NCBI GenBank assembly: GCA_035650735.1
Contig: DASRGZ010000119.1
Span: 50,892-70,891 of the forward strand
DNA: 20,000 nucleotides
Source of the DNA: Chthonomonadaceae bacterium
Lineage (GTDB): Bacteria; Armatimonadota; Chthonomonadetes; Chthonomonadales; Chthonomonadaceae
Reading direction: 5' to 3'
The notes under the pieces are model-generated. The model was not told where the DNA came from. It did no database searches and was given only the letters and a program-made list of their open reading frames with translations. Positions 8,743 through 17,892 of the stretch are shown piece by piece. The position numbers and the translations under genes were made by a program. The stretch's first letter is position 1, and every line of letters starts with the position of its first letter.

Positions 8743-9489
8743 CTAACCGCCGCGCGCCAGAGCTACTACGCAAACTCTGGCTGCTCCCGCCTCTTTGAGG
8801 ACTCGCGCCGCTTCTCTGACCGTCGCCATCGTCGTCAGCACGTCGTCCACGAGCAGCACGGACTGGTTAGCGAAGTGGAACGGCGTCCTGGCTACGAACG
8901 CTCCCTGCACGTTGGCGGCGCGGTCGGCAGGGGCAAGCGAGGTCTGCGAGCGGGTAGGGCGAATGCGGCGCAGGCCCCCGGAATCCAACGTCCAGTTGCG
9001 CTCCTGGGCCAGGACGTAGGCAATGCGTTCGGCCTGGTTAAAGCCTCGCTGACACAGGCGCGTGGGATGCAGCGGCACCGGCACGACCACATCGAAGGCG
9101 GGATGGTCGGCAGGATGAGAAGGAGGCAGCAGGAGCGTGGGCGGGTTGTCCAATGAGGCGGCAAGCAACCGGCCCAGCGGCAGCGCGAGCGCGGTCTTGC
9201 CGTCGTATTTGAGGCGGTGGATGGCGCGGCGCAGCGGGCCGTGATAAGCGCCCAGCGCCTGCGACCAGGCAAAAGGCGGCTCCGGACCGACCGCGCACGC
9301 CGCGCACACTATCTCCCCGGCGGGAACGGGCACGCCGCAGCGGTCACAAAACGGCGGCGGGATCGGCGCGATGGCCCCCCGGCAGAGGGCGCACAGCGCC
9401 TCCTCCTGCCGGACGCCGCACACCAGGCAGCGCGGTGGGTAGATCACATCCAGCAGCCCGTTCCAGATCAGCGCGCACTGTTCCCGCAT
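8743..9489 (-). CDS. comF: ComF family protein (double zinc ribbon plus phosphoribosyltransferase-like domain)
   Basis: YPPRCLVCG...CALC...CDRCG...CAAC, IHRLKYDG, VPVPLH...RGFNQ and VLLVDDVLTT. The start is likely ATG 9489 (MREQCALIW). Confidence 0.9.
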   Translation of the reverse strand: MREQCALIWNGLLDVIYPPRCLVCGVRQEEALCALCRGAIAPIPPPFCDRCGVPVPAGEIVCAACAVGPEPPFAWSQALGAYHGPLRRAIHRLKYDGKTALALPLGRLLAASLDNPPTLLLPPSHPADHPAFDVVVPVPLHPTRLCQRGFNQAERIAYVLAQERNWTLDSGGLRRIRPTRSQTSLAPADRAANVQGAFVARTPFHFANQSVLLVDDVLTTMATVREAARVLKEAGAARVCVVALARGG

Positions 9490-9547
9490 GCGTTCGTTCT
9501 CGTGATATACCTGATTTATCCTGATTGGCGCCCGTGAAGGACGGGTA

Positions 9548-9769
9548 TCAGGAGGGCGGCACGACGGCCCCGGAACGGGCTCCCTCCCAGATGGCCTTCG
9601 GCGCATAGGCATGGCACCACGCGCAGTCCGGGGCGTGCTGCGCGCAGATGCCCCTCCAGGCATCTATATCCGTTAGCGGCGGCAGGTTGTCCGGCTCGTG
9701 TACCTTACGCTTGCAGGAGGGGCACTCCCACTGCCCCTCATTCGTCTCACGATGCGTTTTGCGGTGCAT
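9548..9769 (-). CDS. Small (73 aa) Cys/His-rich putative zinc-binding protein
   Basis: AAAGGAG lies about 7 nt before ATG 9769. The sequence contains WECPSCK...ICAQHAPDCAWCH. Confidence 0.6.
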   Translation of the reverse strand: MHRKTHRETNEGQWECPSCKRKVHEPDNLPPLTDIDAWRGICAQHAPDCAWCHAYAPKAIWEGARSGAVVPPS

Positions 9770-9840
9770 AGTAGGGCTCCTTTCGGAATGGCGTTTCCGC
9801 ATACCGGTCAAGACGGTAGCTTCCAAAACCATAGCCGAGA

Positions 9841-9952
9841 CGGCGCCCTTCCATCCTCGGTTCCCTCGATTGAAACGTTCCCTTAGCACCTTCAGAAACT
9901 TCAGAACCCTCAGAACCGGCGCCCTTCCATCCTCGGTTCTCCCTATTGAAAC
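9841..9952. repeat. Two 36-bp direct repeats ending ATTGAAAC, separated by a 40-bp tract of 9-mer tandem repeats
   Basis: 9841-9876 is cggcgcccttccatcctcggttccctcgattgaaac; 9917-9952 is cggcgcccttccatcctcggttctccctattgaaac. The spacer is gttc-ccttagcac-cttcagaaa-cttcagaac-cctcagaac. Confidence 0.85.
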
Positions 9953-10024
9953 AGCGTAACCAGGACCAAAGCGGCATGAGAGATGTTGTCTCGCCGTGCT
10001 TCCACTGTCACTTATTGAAAAAGC

Positions 10025-12109
10025 TTAACCCGGCGCCTGCGGCAGGACGGCTTCGGGCATCCGGTGCAGGGCGTAATGGTTGCGGTCGCGCTCCAGTTTG
10101 CGGCACTCCTTCGTATAGAGCGGCTGCCCGCAGGTCGGGCACGGGCTCAGCGACGAGAGCTTGTCCAGGTACTTGATGACGCAGGTGACGAAGCTGGCGT
10201 GGCTCCAGGTCAACGGCGAGACGGAGAGCGGATCGTCGTTATACGGGTTGACCTGCTCGGCCAGCACGCCGGAGGGCAGCGCATGTTGCACACACCACTC
10301 CAGGAACGGCAGCGCCTCCTCCAACTCCGTCACCGAGCGCGCCTGCGCGATCTCGTATTGGGCCAGCCAGAGGGTGCTCAGAAACCAGGGATTGCCGGGA
10401 ACGTTGGCCAGGTCGTGGCTGACCTGGTGGTAATAGTCGTTCTCGTAGCGGGCCAGGCCGCCCACGTCCGTTTTGATCCAGAGGCGCTGGCGCATCGCCT
10501 CGACGGTCGCCACGATCTTAGGGGCATCGGCCTCGTACATCCCGAAGAGAAACAGGCCGACCACGCTGGCGTCCATCGTCGGGTCGGGCAGGCAGTTGCC
10601 ATCGGCGTCAAACTGGATCATGCGCACGAAGCGGTTCCACTGCGCCTGCCACAAATAGGTATCGGTGCCCTCCTTCATGTGCGCGGCCGCGTCGCGGAAC
10701 TCCACCGCCAGGTCTTCCTCGCCGAAGCTATGGGCGAAGTTGGCGGCGGCGATCAGCCCGCCGTAGGTGGCTCCCACCGTCCAGGCCAGGATGCCGCGCC
10801 GCTCCTCCCAAAGGTCGTAGGAGGGTAGGGGCAGCCCGGTATGGGGCGTGCGGTACTCGGTCATCCACTGCCCGGCCCGGATGATCAGGTCGCGATAGAG
10901 CGGGCGCACCATCTCAATATCTCGATACTTGTCAAAGTGCTTCCACAGCGCCCAGACTACCAGCGCCGTCTCGTCCTCCTGGATGGGCAACTGCGGCTCG
11001 CCGTGGACGATCCAGGGGTGCCAACTGCTGCCCGCGCTGCCATCGGGGTTGTATTTGTGGAGAAAGTAGCCGTACCGGGTGATGACCTTATAGCACCAGA
11101 GGAAGAAGTCGGTGGAGATTTGGTTGTAACCTGCCAGATCGAGCGCGTACGCCACTAAGGCTCCATCGCGGGGCCAGACGTAGGAATAGGTATCGCGGGC
11201 GAACTGGGTGATGTCGCTATCGTTGGCGGCGAGGATGGCCCCGTTGGCGTCAATCTGGGTGCGCAGGATGAGCAGGCTGCGCTTATAGAGGCGGAGGATG
11301 TCGGCGGAAAGCGGGCCGAAGTCGTACTCATCCTTGTTGACCCACAGCTTCCAGAAGGCGGCGGTGCGATGGAGGAGCGTGCGCGGGTGCTTCTCCAGGA
11401 CGAGCTTGTTGAGGGTCTTGACGCCTTCATAGCGGTCGTCTACACAGATCCAGTAGTAGCACTCGACCGTCTCCTGGGGGCCGACGTGCAGGTGCGCGGC
11501 GAGGGTGCTATCGACGCTGCCCTGGGCGATGGGGTTGCGTCCGAGCACGCCGTCGCCCTCCGCATCGCGCCAGGTGCCTTCCGCGCCGCCGATGCCTTTG
11601 ACGCCAATGGCGAAGTCGCTCATGCCGGTATGGTCGGGCTTGAGGCAATTGATGAGGAAGTAGCGGTTCTCCTTGTAATGAAGGATAGCGTTGAGATCGG
11701 GATTAAAGTAGGCGGTATCGCCGAGTTCAAATCCGTTAATGTAGAAGTCGTGGTGAAAGAAGAGGCGAACCTCGCGCGGATGGTCGGCCTGGTTGGTCAG
11801 GTAGATGCGCCGCAGGTAGATGGTCTCGTAGAAATCCACGGCATCCTGGCAGCGCAGGGAGAGCTGCAACCCCTTGTGCTCCAGATGGACATCCGTGACC
11901 AGGGTTTCGTCCAGATAGTCCAGGCTGCGCGTCCAGTCGTCGCCGCTGGCCCAGGAGGTCTGGCCGTCGCACCAGACGCCGAAGTGGAACGGGTGGCCGG
12001 CCGAGTGGTTCTCGTCGCCGACGTGGGGATAGTAGAAATCGCGTATCTGGTAGCGGCTGTCGAAATTGATCAGCAGCCGCCCGTTGCCGATAGGAATATC
12101 GCGGGGCAT
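10025..12109 (-). CDS. Glycoside hydrolase family 15 (glucoamylase-like)
   Basis: MPRDIPIGNG N-terminus, GAILAANDSD, YSYVWPRDG, QEDET, SYDLWEER, LAEQVNP and SPLTWSHA. AAGGAG lies upstream. Confidence 0.93.
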   Translation of the reverse strand: MPRDIPIGNGRLLINFDSRYQIRDFYYPHVGDENHSAGHPFHFGVWCDGQTSWASGDDWTRSLDYLDETLVTDVHLEHKGLQLSLRCQDAVDFYETIYLRRIYLTNQADHPREVRLFFHHDFYINGFELGDTAYFNPDLNAILHYKENRYFLINCLKPDHTGMSDFAIGVKGIGGAEGTWRDAEGDGVLGRNPIAQGSVDSTLAAHLHVGPQETVECYYWICVDDRYEGVKTLNKLVLEKHPRTLLHRTAAFWKLWVNKDEYDFGPLSADILRLYKRSLLILRTQIDANGAILAANDSDITQFARDTYSYVWPRDGALVAYALDLAGYNQISTDFFLWCYKVITRYGYFLHKYNPDGSAGSSWHPWIVHGEPQLPIQEDETALVVWALWKHFDKYRDIEMVRPLYRDLIIRAGQWMTEYRTPHTGLPLPSYDLWEERRGILAWTVGATYGGLIAAANFAHSFGEEDLAVEFRDAAAHMKEGTDTYLWQAQWNRFVRMIQFDADGNCLPDPTMDASVVGLFLFGMYEADAPKIVATVEAMRQRLWIKTDVGGLARYENDYYHQVSHDLANVPGNPWFLSTLWLAQYEIAQARSVTELEEALPFLEWCVQHALPSGVLAEQVNPYNDDPLSVSPLTWSHASFVTCVIKYLDKLSSLSPCPTCGQPLYTKECRKLERDRNHYALHRMPEAVLPQAPG

Positions 12110-12130
12110 AGGCGCTCCTTGTATGGGGTG

Positions 12131-12201
12131 TAGGGGATAGGGAGTAGGAGGTAGGGAAAAGCCTGCCGGCCCGTTACCCTACTCCCTACCCCCTAGTCCC
12201 T
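12131..12201. repeat. Inverted heptamer tandem repeats (TAGGGRR / CCCTAYY)
   Basis: tagggga-tagggag-taggagg-taggga (12131-12157) faces ccctact-ccctacc-ccctagt-ccct (12177-12201). Confidence 0.75.
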
Positions 12202-12358
12202 GTTGTGTCGGATGGGGTGGGCTGTGCGTTCTGCTCTGGCGCTTACTTCGGGGCCTGCCAGGCCATTTCCTGCCAAGCCTGGCAGGTCTGCTAAGTGGTG
12301 CATCCGGCAAATCTGCCGTCCTTCTTTGCGCCGGAAACGAGGCATCGCAGCGCTGCCC

Positions 12359-12387
12359 TTGACGCTCCTGCAGGCCAGAGGTATAAT
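12359..12387 (+). promoter_or_regulatory. Sigma70-type promoter for the kbl-like gene
   Basis: TTGACG (12359-12364), 17-nt spacer, TATAAT (12382-12387). GGAGG follows at 12411-12415. Confidence 0.8.
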
Positions 12388-12419
12388 CCCCGCAAGAACG
12401 CCTTCGTCCCGGAGGAAGC

Positions 12420-13610
12420 ATGCCCATGAACCAGACCCTACAGGACTGGCTGCGCGACCAGATACAGGCCCTCAAAGACCAGAACCTCTATAAGCCGCTC
12501 GTGGTGATGGATTCGCCGTCCGGGCCGCGCATCACCGTCAACGGCAAACCCAACATCATTAACCTCTCCAGCAACAACTACCTGGGCCTGGCCGACCACC
12601 CCAAACTCAAAGAGGCCGCGATCCGGGCGGTGCAGAAGTGGGGGGCGGGCGCGGGCGCGGTCCGTCCCATCATCGGCACCATGCGCCCGCATGTCGAGCT
12701 GGAGCAGCGCCTGGCCGCCTTTAAGCACGTCGAGGCTACCCTGGTCTTCCAGAGCGGGTTCACGGCCAACGCAGGCACTATCCCTGCCCTGGCCGAAGCC
12801 GAGGATGTCATCCTCACCGATGAACTTAACCACGCCAGCATTATTGATGGCGTGCGCCTCTCCAAAGCGGCCCGTAAAATCTACAAGCACCGCGACATGA
12901 ATTCTCTGGAAGAGGCGCTCAAGGAATCCGCAGGGGCCAAAAAGCGGTTGATCATCACAGATGGCGTCTTCAGCATGGACGGGGACATCGCGCCCCTGCC
13001 CGACATCGTGGCCCTGGCCCGGCAATACGATGCTGCCGTGATGGTGGATGATGCGCACGGCTCCGGGGTGCTGGGCGGTGGGCGCGGCACCGCCTATCAT
13101 TTTGGCGTCCACGATCAGATCGATATCCAACTCGGCACGCTCTCTAAGGCGGTCGGCGTGATCGGCGGCTACATCGCCGGCAGCGCCGCCCTGATCGACT
13201 GGCTGATGCAGCGCGCGCGCCCGTTCCTCTTCAGCACCGCCCTGCCGCCCGCTGCCGTCGGGGCTATCCTGGCGGCCATCGAGCTGATGGAGACCGACCC
13301 CTCGCTGACCGAACGTCTTTGGGAGAACACTCGCTACTGGAAGGAAGGGCTCAAGCAATTGGGCTTTGATACCGGCATCTCGCAGACGCCCATCACGCCG
13401 GTCATGATTGGCGATGAGGGAAAGGCGCAGGAACTCCAGCGCGGCCTGTTTGCGGAGGGGGTGATGGCGCTGGCCATCGTCTATCCGACCGTGGCGCGCG
13501 GCAAGGCCCGCCTGCGTACCATGCCCAGCGCCATGCACTCCCGGCAGGACCTGGATGACGCGCTGGAGGCCTTCGCGCGCGTGGGCGAGCGCCTGGGGCT
13601 GATTGGCTAA
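12420..13610 (+). CDS. kbl: Glycine C-acetyltransferase / 8-amino-7-oxononanoate synthase family PLP enzyme
   Basis: [46 protein letters not shown] (PLP Lys) and [12 protein letters not shown]. It looks closer to the Kbl type than to BioF, but the two are hard to separate by eye. Confidence 0.85.
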   Translation: MPMNQTLQDWLRDQIQALKDQNLYKPLVVMDSPSGPRITVNGKPNIINLSSNNYLGLADHPKLKEAAIRAVQKWGAGAGAVRPIIGTMRPHVELEQRLAAFKHVEATLVFQSGFTANAGTIPALAEAEDVILTDELNHASIIDGVRLSKAARKIYKHRDMNSLEEALKESAGAKKRLIITDGVFSMDGDIAPLPDIVALARQYDAAVMVDDAHGSGVLGGGRGTAYHFGVHDQIDIQLGTLSKAVGVIGGYIAGSAALIDWLMQRARPFLFSTALPPAAVGAILAAIELMETDPSLTERLWENTRYWKEGLKQLGFDTGISQTPITPVMIGDEGKAQELQRGLFAEGVMALAIVYPTVARGKARLRTMPSAMHSRQDLDDALEAFARVGERLGLIG

Positions 13611-13888
13611 GCCCTAACGCCCGTTGAGAAAATGTGCTGGAAGAGCGCCTGGAAGGTGGCCTCTGGCACAAACTTTGCAGGCAAAGCTAACGGGGAGTTG
13701 TGATTCGCTCGCACTCGGCTAGGAGAGCCTGGCCGGGGTGAAAAGGAAGGAGTCCTTTTGTTCCTGTTTACTCCGGCCAGGTCAAAAAGTGGCAGCCCTG
13801 CCTGAAAGCGAGGTTGCCTTTGGAAGCTCGTCCTCAAACCAAGGTTTAGAGGGTTGCTGTCCAAAAAGAACGGATGGAAATCTTTTCC

Positions 13889-13917
13889 TTGACAAATGAG
13901 TTACCTGAGGGTATACT
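13889..13917 (+). promoter_or_regulatory. Strong sigma70-type promoter of the tRNA
   Basis: TTGACA (13889-13894), 17-nt spacer, TATACT (13912-13917), ending 11 nt upstream of the tRNA. Confidence 0.85.
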
Positions 13918-13928
13918 AATAACGATGA

Positions 13929-15539
<1,611 letters not shown>

Positions 15540-15577
15540 GAACTGCCTCTTTGAATCATGTGCGTTCTTAGGGTATC

Positions 15578-15607
15578 ATTTTACCCGATCCGTCTGACTA
15601 TTTTCAA
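15578..15607 (-). promoter_or_regulatory. Putative sigma70 promoter for the integrase
   Basis: The minus strand reads TTGAAA, 18-nt spacer, TAAAAT, ending about 40 nt upstream of ATG 15539. Confidence 0.5.
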
Positions 15608-15658
15608 GCGGATTATGGAAAATCCCATCTCGGAGCCAGGGCGGAAAGGAGCAGGCGG

Positions 15659-15922
15659 ATGAAGGTGCTGACGGTGAAAGAGGCGGCGGAGCGGTTGGAC
15701 TGTACTCCGTCGTCGCTGTATCTGGCGGTTCAGGAGGGGCGGTTAAAGTACGTCCGTCAATTAGGGCGAATCGGACTTCGGGAACGCGATGTCGAGGAAT
15801 ACGGTAAGCGGATAGGGCAGGCGAACGGATGGGTGAAGCGCAGCCAGGGCATCAGCGCGCCCGCAGGGGCGGCAGACAACCCCATAGACGGGAGGGAGTA
15901 CGGGTTGGATCAAACTTCATAG
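15659..15922 (+). CDS. Excisionase-like HTH (HTH_17/MerR-like) DNA-binding protein, candidate recombination directionality factor
   Basis: LTVKEAAERLDCTPSSLYLAVQEGRL...IGLRERDVEEY. AAAGGAG SD is present and the gene is divergent from the integrase. Confidence 0.8.
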   Translation: MKVLTVKEAAERLDCTPSSLYLAVQEGRLKYVRQLGRIGLRERDVEEYGKRIGQANGWVKRSQGISAPAGAADNPIDGREYGLDQTS

Positions 15923-16161
15923 GTATCGCTGTCGAACCAATCGGGATCATCTACACTCTCCCCTTCACAGGCAAACGGGTCATCGCTGCCGTTGTTCTCG
16001 TCCAGCGCGGTCGTGATCTCCTGAGCCAACAGGTCGCGCTCTTGCTGGGTGTAGGCGGTCGGGTTTTCCAGGACGGACAGGCAGCGGCGGAGCAGGGCGC
16101 GGAAGAAGTCGGCTTCCCGCCCCACCATGATCCACAGGCCGTTATTATTATCGGTTCCCAT
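15910..16161 (-). CDS. Hypothetical protein (83 aa, acidic C-terminus)
   Basis: ATG 16161 follows AGGGG immediately after the upstream stop. It is the last gene of a compact leftward operon. Confidence 0.55.
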   Translation of the reverse strand: MGTDNNNGLWIMVGREADFFRALLRRCLSVLENPTAYTQQERDLLAQEITTALDENNGSDDPFACEGESVDDPDWFDSDTYEV

Positions 16162-16172
16162 TGCTGCGGCCC

Positions 16173-16691
16173 CTATCGCACATAGAACAAGAGGCGGATG
16201 GGGCCGATGCCGTCCACCAGGCGGGTTCCTCGCGTTCCCCACCCTGCGCGGTTTGTGGTACGAATCGGCGTCCCTGAAACGATCATCTCGCGGGCCAGGT
16301 CGAACGCGCCCTGAAAGTCAGGATCGCTGCGACGGCTTTTGGTGGCGTCGTAACCAAAATCCAGAACGGTAAATGTGGTCGCGCCATCGCTGAGGGAGAA
16401 CACGGTCGGGTCGGTTAGGTCTTCGCCCGCCAGCGTGCAGCGCAGGGCATATCCCAGACACCCAGATAGGCGGCTCACCTCTTCGGCATCAAGCCTGCGG
16501 TCACAGACAACGCGGACGGCATAGAAGTCGCCTGCCAGGGCGTCAGGGGCGTCAATGGGCATCCAGGCGTGTTCCTGCCGTGCGGTGTCCAGCAGGGGCA
16601 GTGCGCGGCGGTTCAGATGCAACAGCGTCGTCGGGTTCGGGTCGGCAGCATAGGCGCGGGCAGCGGCATCAAACTGGTCGTAGACAGTCAT
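16173..16691 (-). CDS. Hypothetical protein (172 aa)
   Basis: AAAGGAG SD precedes ATG 16691 (MTVYDQFDAAA). The composition looks globular and the gene is operonic. Confidence 0.7.
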   Translation of the reverse strand: MTVYDQFDAAARAYAADPNPTTLLHLNRRALPLLDTARQEHAWMPIDAPDALAGDFYAVRVVCDRRLDAEEVSRLSGCLGYALRCTLAGEDLTDPTVFSLSDGATTFTVLDFGYDATKSRRSDPDFQGAFDLAREMIVSGTPIRTTNRAGWGTRGTRLVDGIGPIRLLFYVR

Positions 16692-16717
16692 GGTCGGTTC
16701 TCCTTTCGGACAAGCGG

Positions 16718-17041
16718 TCAATATTCATCGGCGCGCATGATGGTCATAACGCGCACGGTCACAGCGGGGTCTGCCGGGTCAGGCGAATGGAACTCCATCG
16801 CCAGGTCGTAATAATCAATTTTGAAAAAGTAGCGCGTGCCGTCCATCTCCACCGCGCCGAAGTCGCGTTCGCCATAGGGGTCGTTTTCCGGTGTGAAGGC
16901 TCGAAAAGTGGCGACCAGAGCGAGCAGTCCAGCAACGCGCGCCGGAGGCAACGCGGTCACGCCGGGAGTCAGACAGCACTTACCCGGACAGCGACGGAAC
17001 TGGTCGTTCAGAGCAGCAATCTTCTCGGCGGTCTGGTTCAC
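16718..17041 (-). CDS. DUF3768 family protein
   Basis: IAALNDQFR...FTPENDPYGERDFGAVEMDGTRYFFKIDYYD...SPDPADPAVTVRVMTIMRADEY matches the DUF3768 signature. GTGA overlap with the upstream ORF. Confidence 0.88.
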   Translation of the reverse strand: MNQTAEKIAALNDQFRRCPGKCCLTPGVTALPPARVAGLLALVATFRAFTPENDPYGERDFGAVEMDGTRYFFKIDYYDLAMEFHSPDPADPAVTVRVMTIMRADEY

Positions 17042-17292
17042 GCGAACACCTCCTCGTCGGCAATGGTTCCCGTGCGATCAGGCAAAAAGTGGTACATCGG
17101 TCGGGAACCGATCATCGCACACATCATAAAATGGACATCGCAGCCGGGATAGCGGCGGGCAATGCTCTCCTCGGCTGCCAGAAAGCCCCGAACGCACTCC
17201 TCGCGCGTGAAGATATGGCGGCGGGGATCATACCCCTCTTTGAAACTGCCTCTATTCGCACTCCGCGCACGGCTCGGTTTCGTGTTCTCCAT
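17038..17292 (-). CDS. Hypothetical protein (84 aa)
   Basis: First ORF of the leftward operon, with its stop coupled to the DUF3768 start. Contains NRGSFKEGYDPRRH. Confidence 0.6.
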   Translation of the reverse strand: MENTKPSRARSANRGSFKEGYDPRRHIFTREECVRGFLAAEESIARRYPGCDVHFMMCAMIGSRPMYHFLPDRTGTIADEEVFA

Positions 17293-17301
17293 ACTTCATA
17301 A

Positions 17302-17374
17302 CTGGACATTTTGTCTAGAAACCGGAAAGACTTCGCCGGAATTTCTGGACATTTTTTCCAGTTTGCGCTACAAT
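17302..17374. promoter_or_regulatory. Divergent control region: two 17-bp palindromic operators and a rightward promoter
   Basis: CTGGACAttttGTCTAG (17302-17318) and CTGGACAttttTTCCAG (17345-17361). TGGACA-N17-TACAAT (17346-17374) overlaps the second operator. Confidence 0.65.
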
Positions 17375-17407
17375 ACGGGAGTTCAACCGAAGGAGGAAAC
17401 GCCTGCT

Positions 17408-17638
17408 ATGCCCGACACCGATCCAGATGAAACGGCCTTGCCGTATGTGAGCGTCGCCGAAGCCGCCGCGTTGCTCGGCGTCCATCGCAGTGCGATTTAC
17501 CAGGCGGTCGAAGCGGGCCACCTGGACACGATTAAAGTCATGGGCAAGAAGGCTTTGCGCCGGGCCGACGTGCTGGCCTACAAACCGCGCCCCAACAAGT
17601 GCCGTAAGTCCCAGGATGCTTCTGATAGAGGCGGGTAA
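17408..17638 (+). CDS. Second excisionase-like HTH_17 protein
   Basis: AAGGAGG SD precedes ATG 17408. The sequence contains YVSVAEAAALLGVHRSAIYQAVEAGHL...ALRRADVLAY. Confidence 0.8.
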   Translation: MPDTDPDETALPYVSVAEAAALLGVHRSAIYQAVEAGHLDTIKVMGKKALRRADVLAYKPRPNKCRKSQDASDRGG

Positions 17639-17718
17639 TCTGGGGTTCTTCCTGTTTTGTGGTCTATGCGAAACTCTGAAACCTGTTCTTTCGTAACATA
17701 AAGGAAGGACAGACATAA

Positions 17719-17786
17719 GGCGATGGAGACCGCCGAGACGGATACCCGTCTGAACCGCTCTATTCTCTAGGGCTGATGGCTCCTGA
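17719..17786 (+). ncRNA. Fluoride riboswitch (crcB motif) aptamer
   Basis: GGCGAUGGAGACCGCC with P1 GGCG/CGCC, an extra hairpin AGACGG-auac-CCGUCU, GAACC, a stem GCUCUA-uucuc-UAGGGC, then UGAUGGCUCCUG. The pseudoknot is GGAG/CUCC. This follows the crcB consensus GGCGAUGGnGnnCGCC...AACCGC...GCUGAUGRCUCCU. Confidence 0.88.
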
Positions 17787-17820
17787 TTCGACGCATAGCG
17801 TGTCGGGTCAGGGGCTTTTT
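17779..17820 (+). terminator. Intrinsic terminator forming the riboswitch expression platform
   Basis: GCUCCUGAUUCGACGC (17779-17794) pairs with GUGUCGGGUCAGGGGC (17800-17815), followed by UUUUU. The 5' arm includes the pseudoknot strand CUCC. Confidence 0.82.
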
Positions 17821-17892
17821 GGTGTCTGAGGCGGCGTTGTCCCGGAACGCGCCACACCGACAGCCTCCCCGGTGAGAAAGGGCGTGCAGAAG

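Noticed and set aside
9490..9663. N-terminal extension of the ComF ORF to 9663 (likewise the DHDPS-like ORF to 2251, HTH to 17162, NUDIX to 19322)
   Set aside because: The extensions overlap other genes or repeats. The downstream starts have SD sequences or match family N-termini.
9841..9952. Calling a bona fide CRISPR array
   Set aside because: There are only two good repeats, no clear palindrome, a spacer that is itself a low-complexity genomic repeat, and no cas genes. It is kept as a repeat and a finding.
13611..13880. Lower-GC intergenic stretch as a possible IS remnant or ncRNA
   Set aside because: I could not identify convincing terminal inverted repeats, a transposase fragment or an RNA motif by eye.
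17670..17696. GAAAC-N17-CGTAA as an ECF sigma promoter for the riboswitch transcript
   Set aside because: The position is plausible, but the motif is too short to support without transcription-start data.
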